Of a DNA stretch of 64,000 nucleotides, positions 28,985 to 36,600 are shown piece by piece. Below the pieces are notes generated by a model. It did not search any database and was not told the origin of the DNA. It saw only the letters and a list, made by a program, of their open reading frames with translations. The translations under genes were made by a program, and so were the position numbers. Source of the stretch: Minisyncoccota bacterium (GTDB lineage: Bacteria; Patescibacteriota; Minisyncoccia; UBA6257; 2-01-FULL-56-20); the NCBI GenBank assembly GCA_036510525.1, contig DATCDU010000034.1, positions 976 to 64,975 on the forward strand, written 5' to 3'. The first letter of the stretch is position 1, and each line of letters begins with the position of its first letter.

Positions 28985-30115
28985 CTACCGTACCGTCGCA
29001 CCGAATTCCTTGGCGGTCTCTTCCTCTATATTCTTGTGAAGCACATCTACCTCTTCATTCGTCAGCGTCCGCTCGCTTGAGCGGTACGTGATCCGGTACG
29101 CGTAGCTCTTTTTGTCGGCGCCGAATTTTTCGTCATTCGCGTATTCGTCGATCAGCGCCACTTGTTCCACGAGGTCCCCCGCAATGTCGCGGACGAGATC
29201 GAAATAATCATTCGGCGCGAACGTCTTCGGCACGATGAACGAGATGTCGCGAATGACGGGCGGATATTTGCTCACCTCCACAAACTTTGTGCCCATGTGC
29301 AGCTGTTTCTTCACCCGCTCGTCGGTGGACCAGAGGAGCCGTATATCTGGAAGATCGGTGCTGATCATCGCGAGTCGCTCGAGGCCGAAACCGAACGCCC
29401 ACGCGTTGTATCCCTCCACACCGAATTTTTTGAACACGCTCTGCTTCGTCATGCCACCGCCCATGATCTCCAGCCACTGGCCGTTCACTTCAACCTCGAT
29501 CTGCAGGGATGGATCAGTATATGGGAATGTATCATCTAAAAAGCGGAATTTCACATCAGCGCCGAAGAGCGCGCGAACGATCTCGGAAAGCGCGGCGCGC
29601 AGGTCGTCGATCGTGAGCGGTGCGGTATCTGCGGGCGTCATGTACCATCCGCCGAACTGGTGGAAGATGTTCATGTGCTTGCGATCGATCTCGTCCTTGC
29701 GGTACACCTTTCCGTAACAGACGACGCCTAACTTCTCGCGCCGCGCGATGCGCTCCTTCACTTCCGGCAGCTGCGTGTAGTAATACCACATGACCGTGTC
29801 GTGCGTGCGCAAAATATTCTTGTCGTCCGCATAGTACGTGTCCGAGGTGCTCCGCGCCGGATGGTCGGCGGCAAAATCAAAAAGGTCGAAGCTGATTGAG
29901 GCAGGGACGATCTCCGGAATGATGATATTGTCGAATCCTTTGAGCCCCGGCGTGTTGCACGCGGTTTGCACTATTTCATAGAGCGGACTGCCCGGCGTGC
30001 GCGAAAGGTCGGGCATCGCAAGATAGCGTTTGATGCGCGCCGCCTCCGCATCAGTACGCTTGTCGACCGTCGCCAAAATCCTGTTCTGCTCGTCGAGAGG
30101 AATGCGATATTCCAT
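28985..30115 (-). CDS. pheS: Phenylalanyl-tRNA synthetase, monomeric mitochondrial-type (class II catalytic core plus C-terminal FDX-ACB anticodon-binding domain)
   Basis: 376 aa. PheS class II motifs are present (FDLFDFAADHPARS, FRFLDDTFPYTDPSLQIEVEV, GFGLERLAMI). There is no N-terminal coiled coil. The C-terminal ~95 aa (DISFIVP...SYAYRITYRSSERTLTNEEVDVLHKNIEE) match the FDX-ACB fold found at the C-terminus of mitochondrial PheRS and of PheT. Confidence 0.75.
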   Translation of the reverse strand: MEYRIPLDEQNRILATVDKRTDAEAARIKRYLAMPDLSRTPGSPLYEIVQTACNTPGLKGFDNIIIPEIVPASISFDLFDFAADHPARSTSDTYYADDKNILRTHDTVMWYYYTQLPEVKERIARREKLGVVCYGKVYRKDEIDRKHMNIFHQFGGWYMTPADTAPLTIDDLRAALSEIVRALFGADVKFRFLDDTFPYTDPSLQIEVEVNGQWLEIMGGGMTKQSVFKKFGVEGYNAWAFGFGLERLAMISTDLPDIRLLWSTDERVKKQLHMGTKFVEVSKYPPVIRDISFIVPKTFAPNDYFDLVRDIAGDLVEQVALIDEYANDEKFGADKKSYAYRITYRSSERTLTNEEVDVLHKNIEEETAKEFGATVR

Positions 30116-30172
30116 AACTACGATGGTAGCAGATATGGCCGATTACGAAAAGAATACCCGGGCTATGTGGGC

Positions 30173-31051
30173 CTAGGAGTGCGCGATCTCCTTAAGAAGC
30201 GCTTCGTCGATTTTTTCGTTGAATTCGAAAACGTGTTCCGGGTCGATCTCTTTGCGGTAAGAGATGTCTATTTCGGGTTTGCCGTCGCGCATGACGATGT
30301 CCGTTTTGAATCCTTCGGCGAAGCCGAATCCCTGGTTGCCGAGAAGTTCCACAAACTCATCCCGCTCTTTCTTGCCTTTCGTCTGCTCGATTACCTTCGC
30401 GAGGAAACATTCCAATATGCCCTGATGGGATGAGAGGAAACGCTCCAAGGTCTCCGAATATGCACTGTCTTCTTTATTTACGAGCTTATCCCACTGCGGC
30501 GCGATCTGGACATATTTCTCAATGACTTGGGCAATTTTCGATGCGGCCCGGGAGTACGTCGTACTGTCTTTATCTCCTAATTTTTCGGCCAACGCGTCGC
30601 TATTCTCCACGAGGAATTTCAAATACTCCCCCTTATTGAAAGCGTCATATCCCTCTTTGCCAAACTCGGTCGTTTCATCAAGGACAAAGTTGAGGCGCTC
30701 ATCGATCCCTATCTTGGAACCCACCTTAAGATCGGTGTCGAGCTTTTCTTGAAGCTCCTCAAGGGTTTCGTCTCCGGCGATATCATCTTCGCCCCCGGCC
30801 ATTGCGAGCGCGGCGGTCTCACGCGTCCTCTTTCGGGACGTCCCGAAAGCCACCGCCTGATCCACATTGGCAGCGCGATCCTTTGCCATCGCCTGCTCCC
30901 TCCCTGTTGGGGACAACAGGATATCCTCATCCCTCTTCTCGGGAGCTTTCTCCTTCTGGGCATGGCGCATGAACGACAACTCTATGCGCGAGCTATAGGG
31001 CTCCTGGGCTTCGTTGTGCTCGATACGTCCTTCTAATCCTTTGCCTTCCAT
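30173..31051 (-). CDS. Histidine phosphatase superfamily protein (phosphoglycerate-mutase-like)
   Basis: 292 aa with an RHG-type motif LSFMRHAQKE near the N-terminus. Confidence 0.5.
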   Translation of the reverse strand: MEGKGLEGRIEHNEAQEPYSSRIELSFMRHAQKEKAPEKRDEDILLSPTGREQAMAKDRAANVDQAVAFGTSRKRTRETAALAMAGGEDDIAGDETLEELQEKLDTDLKVGSKIGIDERLNFVLDETTEFGKEGYDAFNKGEYLKFLVENSDALAEKLGDKDSTTYSRAASKIAQVIEKYVQIAPQWDKLVNKEDSAYSETLERFLSSHQGILECFLAKVIEQTKGKKERDEFVELLGNQGFGFAEGFKTDIVMRDGKPEIDISYRKEIDPEHVFEFNEKIDEALLKEIAHS

Positions 31052-31060
31052 GCCATTAGC

Positions 31061-32095
31061 TTAATGTCTTTTTATGATAGTGACAAGTCCTTTGTTTGCA
31101 TCCACTTCTATAAGATCGCCATCACTAAGTATTTCGGTAGCGATCTTTGTTCCGATGATACATGGCTTCTTGAGTTCTCTGGCGACGATAGCCGCATGAC
31201 AAGTGACACCACCTTCGTCGGTAACAATAGCCACAGCTCGCTTCATGGCAACCACATAATCCGGCATCGTCATGGGGCTTACCAAAACTTCACCCTCTTT
31301 TAGTTTAGAGACCTCTTCCCGTTTTTTAATGATCCGAACTTTCCCCCGCGCAATCCCCGGATAGGCAACTTTGCCTTTGAATTCCGAAATGTTAGTTTTC
31401 TTTTCGGAGGAAACAATATCAATATCAAAGATCTTTTCCATATCGGGGATACCCTTTCCTGTATATAATTTAGCATTTGCAAAACTATACTTTTTAGCGC
31501 GATCTTCCAGCTCCTGTTTTGAGGGTAACTTGTTCGAAACGATTTCCTTCAATAGTAATGTATTAGCCAATGCGCCGAGCTTGGGATAAATTTTTCTTAG
31601 GGATTTCCTGATCACGACGTCGCTATCAGGAATCATGCGCTCGTTATTGATACGGGCAGTATGAGTAAGTTTGAATTCTCTACTTTTCGGATCAACCATT
31701 TCCATTATCCACCAAATCGCCTCGTACCATGCCCACACATCACGGAGTCGTACAAGATACTTCACCAGCTCAGCGTGATTGAGCGTTTTTCTTTTGGCCC
31801 ACACTGGCTTTATTAATCTCGCCCGTTGATTAAATTCACCAGCGATCTTTTCAACAAATTTTTTATCTTTCTTTATCAATCTACGCAACTCACTATTGAT
31901 CCAGTCCAATCCCTTGGGATTGAAATAATCGGTCACGATACCATTCTCACGGATAAAGATTTGGAACGGTAATTCGGGGTTTGTCTTCTTTGTCCATTGG
32001 CGCGGATCGGTTGTCTCAGCGCGCGCCCACGTTTCTATGAGTGGCAACGTGAAGTCACGGGCGAAATAACGGGAATAAATTCTCTCATTTTTCAT
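31061..32095 (-). CDS. Module 5 of the swivel-domain array: unknown N-terminal domain plus C-terminal PEP-utilising-enzyme mobile (phosphohistidine) domain
   Basis: 344 aa. The C-terminal ~100 aa (KGKVAYPGIARGKVRIIKKREEVSKLKEGEVLVSPMTMPDYVVAMKRAVAIVTDEGGVTCHAAIVARELKKPCIIGTKIATEILSDGDLIEVDANKGLVTIIK) is the PEP-utilisers mobile domain, with its catalytic His in TCHAAI. The start overlaps the upstream gene by 11 nt. Confidence 0.7.
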   Translation of the reverse strand: MKNERIYSRYFARDFTLPLIETWARAETTDPRQWTKKTNPELPFQIFIRENGIVTDYFNPKGLDWINSELRRLIKKDKKFVEKIAGEFNQRARLIKPVWAKRKTLNHAELVKYLVRLRDVWAWYEAIWWIMEMVDPKSREFKLTHTARINNERMIPDSDVVIRKSLRKIYPKLGALANTLLLKEIVSNKLPSKQELEDRAKKYSFANAKLYTGKGIPDMEKIFDIDIVSSEKKTNISEFKGKVAYPGIARGKVRIIKKREEVSKLKEGEVLVSPMTMPDYVVAMKRAVAIVTDEGGVTCHAAIVARELKKPCIIGTKIATEILSDGDLIEVDANKGLVTIIKRH

Positions 32096-33614
32096 TGGAT
32101 CGTTTTATAATTTTCACCGTTCCCTTCTCTGCATCCACTTCTACAAGATCTCCGTTCTTCAAAACCTTTGTAGCGATCTTCGTTGCGATGACGCACGGCT
32201 TGCCCAATTCCCGCGACATGATCGCGGCATGGGACAAAAGGCCGCCTTCATCCGTGACGATCGCGCTCGCCCGCTTCATAGCCGGCACGTAATCGGGATT
32301 CGTCATCGGACAAACCAAAATCTCTCCTTCTCGAATGGCATGCGCTTCGGATGGCTGCAGCGCGATCCTTACCTTCGCCCGGCTAAATCCCTTGCAAGCT
32401 ATTTGTCCCTTTAATTCAGTTATGGAATCGTCAACCGTATTGAATGACTGATCGATCCACTGGCTGATCTCGTGCCCTTTTACGCCCACGGCCATATACT
32501 GCTGGCCGTTCAAGATCATCATGGCGAAACCTTTTTTCCTTTCTTGAATAGTTTTCGTCGCAATGTCTTCTTGCTTTTCAAGCGCCCGGATAATCTCGCT
32601 CGAAAGGAGATATTGTGTGTCTTCGAATTTCACACCGATGCGCTTGGCCACCAACTGCAGGAAATCAAGATAGCGCGAAGAGGCCTTATAGGCCTCTTCG
32701 ATCCCGGCAGTGAGCACATATCCAAGCTCCCGCGCGTTTTCAACGTCGCGAAGAAATTTCCCATCATTCCGCCCCAATGCGAGAATTTTTCTAGCCAATT
32801 TCTGATTTTTTACATTCGCCTTCTTCTGTATTTCAAATGTCTCTTTGAAACCGCTCTTTATGGCGTCCGTGACGCGCCGGACAAGCTCGTTGTACGTCAT
32901 GGGGAAAAGCGGGTTAAGAAGGAATGTCGTGAGCCAATCATATTTTTTGAGGTACGCCCGAGCAGCTTTTTGAAACGCCGAATCGCGTGCAAAATTTTTC
33001 TTTTTCTCTGCGATGCACACCAGCGAATACAACGCCCCTTGCTCAAGCTGAAATCCTGTTTTCTTGATCGGGAAAACGACGTTCAAAAGCGCTTCATCGA
33101 AATCGGTCAGCTTCTCAATTTGTTTGCGATATCGTTCCAAGCCGTGCTTAACTTTGTCCGTCAACATATTCTCACTCGAAAGATAATAGGGATACCAAAA
33201 CCATGGAATGGCCTTGAGAAATGCCGCATCCATACGCCGCCAATATTTCGCCAACTGCCCGTTGGAGATCTTTTTATCTTTGATCGCGATATTTATCTCG
33301 TCAGCAACCTCGTTCAAGCTTTTGGGAACTTCAACTGATGATCTGAGAACCGTCCACAGCGCGCGGGGATTCTTCAATTTCTCCCGCAACTTCTGAAGCA
33401 TGATCTGCCGTTGTTTGGGATTATTATGCCCCTTGCTCGAATCGGTAAAAAGATAATCGTATGTATAGAGGTCAATACCGATCTCGCTGGGTAAGTGGGT
33501 CGCGATCGCCCGACAAAACAAATCGGCGAGCAGGATCGGCTGCTCCCCTCGTTGCTGAAATTCAAACTCCCAATTTTTGAGATGGACGAGTTTCTTTTCG
33601 ATTGGTTTTAACAT
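32085..33614 (-). CDS. Module 4 of the swivel-domain array: unknown ~400-aa domain plus C-terminal PEP-utilising phosphohistidine domain
   Basis: 509 aa. The C-terminus (KGFSRAKVRIALQPSEAHAIREGEILVCPMTNPDYVPAMKRASAIVTDEGGLLSHAAIMSRELGKPCVIATK) is a swivel domain with a conserved His. Confidence 0.7.
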   Translation of the reverse strand: MLKPIEKKLVHLKNWEFEFQQRGEQPILLADLFCRAIATHLPSEIGIDLYTYDYLFTDSSKGHNNPKQRQIMLQKLREKLKNPRALWTVLRSSVEVPKSLNEVADEINIAIKDKKISNGQLAKYWRRMDAAFLKAIPWFWYPYYLSSENMLTDKVKHGLERYRKQIEKLTDFDEALLNVVFPIKKTGFQLEQGALYSLVCIAEKKKNFARDSAFQKAARAYLKKYDWLTTFLLNPLFPMTYNELVRRVTDAIKSGFKETFEIQKKANVKNQKLARKILALGRNDGKFLRDVENARELGYVLTAGIEEAYKASSRYLDFLQLVAKRIGVKFEDTQYLLSSEIIRALEKQEDIATKTIQERKKGFAMMILNGQQYMAVGVKGHEISQWIDQSFNTVDDSITELKGQIACKGFSRAKVRIALQPSEAHAIREGEILVCPMTNPDYVPAMKRASAIVTDEGGLLSHAAIMSRELGKPCVIATKIATKVLKNGDLVEVDAEKGTVKIIKRSNEK

Positions 33615-33629
33615 GATCAGGGCGTTGGC

Positions 33630-36600
33630 CTATTTTAAGATTTTCACGATACCCTTGTCCGCATCCACCTCCACCATGTCGCCGTCTTTCAGCACCTGCG
33701 TCGCGATCTTTGTGCCTACAACGCATGGCACTTTGAGCTCACGGCTTGCGATGGCGGCGTGGCATGTCGTCCCACCCTCATCGGTAACGACCGCTGCTGC
33801 CTTCTTCATGATCGGAACGTAATCGGGATTGGTCATCTCGGTGACTAACACGTCGCCCGGCGCAAAATCCTTCATATCCGCAAACGAGCGGATCTTTTTC
33901 ACGCGGCCCCTCACGACACCTTTGTACGCCGGCGTTCCTTTGATCTCTGCAATCCCCTCGGCCGTCGCTTTTTCGAGCTCAATATTATTCTCCGAGAGTA
34001 AAGCGTCCAAACGCTCTATGGGATAGATCGTACCGTTCAGCATAACACAGCCATTTCTCCGTGAGCGAACCAGGGCGAGAACTTTTTCCCGGGAATTCCC
34101 CGCCAATTTAGCAACCTCGCCCGGCGCGATAAAAAACGTTATGTCCTTCAGCTCGGGGAAACGATCATGCCAAAATGCCACCATCACTTTATTCATTTTC
34201 TCGGTGTACTTCTCCGATTCCTCTCGATACCGTAGAAATTTCTTGCGAAGCGCCGGGCTTACCTCGGCCATGTCGGGAATGGTGAATGCCGTATTCATCG
34301 CCGACCACCAATCAACAAGATGCTCATAATAATTGTTGAAGTCTTTGACGGTCCGTATTTTCTTTTTATCCAAAAGGTAGGGCGATATCACCTTCCAGTT
34401 TGCATCGAGCGTTTTTACGAAACGCCGGACAAGCGTCGGGTCGCTCTTGAGTTTTTCTTTTAAAAGAGTGTTGATGATCGCCAGCTCCGCCGAAGAGTAC
34501 CACACCGATCCCTTTTCGCCGGGAGGAGGGACGATGAATAGATTTTGTCTTACGTTGTGGCCCAGAAAATTTTTCCATCCGCGGCGGTCGCTATCGTTCC
34601 ACATCGAGAAATAGAACAGTGTCTTCTCGCGAGAATAAATCTTCGAAAGGATATTCGTAATTCCCCGGACTTCGCTTAATGGCTTGAACTCTGTTTTGCC
34701 GCCCATGGTCGTCAAAGCCCACCCTTCTTTTCTCTTTTTTATTTCTTCCAAGTCCTTCCTGGTAAGTTTTTCGATACGATACACCTCCTCGGGCATCAAA
34801 AGGCCCGCGACCGCGGTATGCCGGGGATATTTCTTTTCGAAGAAATCCCTGTATACTCTATCAATCTCATTGGAATATTCCTGCGTCGATTCGCGAACCT
34901 TCAATGCCTTTGCCCGTAATCGCTTCGGAATCTCTTCCCTATCCGGTACCCCAAAAAGATATGCCATCGGAACCCACCACTGGACGCAGTCATTATAATA
35001 CCCTGCTAATTCCTTCAGATTCTTTATTTTCTTCTTCTTTGATATATAAAGCCATAGTTTCTTCCAGTAACGATAAAAATCGGCGATGATCACATCGAGT
35101 AATTTTGGATCCTCAATGATGGCCTGGGATATCTTCTTAAAGATCTCTTCGAGCTCATCGAGGTCGAAATAGATATCCACCACGCCGGAGGCATCGCGCA
35201 GGAAGGCCATGTTCCGGAAATTCGTCCCCGGAATATATCTCTCAAAATGGTCGCGATCCGCTTCATTCCAAATACTCGCGTAAAAGAAAGAGTGCTCGCG
35301 GGTCATGAATTTAAAGAGTTTCACGGATGAAGGCGGCATTCCAGCACTGTCACCATGTAAGATCCGGACCACGCCCCTATTCGCGTCCACCTCCACCACG
35401 TCCCCGTCTTTCAGCACCTGCGTAGCGATCTTCGTGCCAATAATGCAGGGCTTCTTCAGCTCTCTCGCCACGATACCGGCGTGGCAGGTGATCCCACCCT
35501 CATCGGTGACGAACGCCGCCGCGCGACGCATAGTGGGTAGAAAATCAGGAGTCGTCATCGGGGAAACAATGATGTCTCCCTCGCGAACTTCATCGAGCTG
35601 ATCACGTCGGCGCAATATTTTCACCGGGCCCGTTGCTATGCCCTTTTGCGCGATCTCGCCTTTAATAACTCCGCTGTTATTCCCGACAATCGCATCTCCT
35701 TTAAAAGAAAATTGCGGATTATTTTTCTCAAAATCAGATAGTGTACCTAAAAAAAGATCTTTGCCATCCACAATAAGTGAGTGTAGCTTGCGATCCTCAA
35801 GCTCCGGTGCGGCCGGAATCTTTTTTATCTCATCTATGAATATCGTCGTTTCGTAATTTTTCGTTCGAGGATATATTTCGGAAATGCTCTTTCTGATCGC
35901 AATATCGTTTTGCGCGAAAAATTCATCTTTATTGCGCATCGCCAATGCCTTCGCCCGTATACCCTTCGGTGTCTTATCATTGACGGCAGAATAATAGTAG
36001 AAAACGAAATATGGCATCGCCTCATCCGAAAGCTTGATGAGTTGAGCGAGTTTATTCACGCCCAGCTTCTTCTCTTTCCAAAGCTTGTGGATAATCGCCA
36101 ATTTCGCTTTATATTTTTCGAGGACATCGTCGATGAATTTGGGATCCTCTTCATTCTTCTTCAAGACCACGTCCTCAAGCCATTCGGTGGCGCGAAGATT
36201 TTCCCAGATCTCGATACTTCCCTGATTCATATAATGGATGATCCCCGGTAAATAGGGGTTCTTCCACCCAAATTCTTTTTCAACTCCCCGCGAACATCCG
36301 ATCGCCCACAACTCTTGCATGATATAGGTGGTATCACGCGTGTAGATTTTCTCGAAAGTCACTTGACCACTCGATCGTTCCAAAATTCTTACGACGCCTT
36401 TGTCTGCATCCACCTCCACCATATCGCCACTCTTGATAACACGACTGGCATTCTTCGTCCCGATGATGCACGGCTTTTTCATCTCGCGGGCGATGATGGC
36501 GGCATGACACGTAATACCCCCTTGATCGGTCACGAACGCCGATGCTTTTTTCATCGCCGGGACATATTCAGGGGTTGTCTGGTTGGCCACCAATATATCC

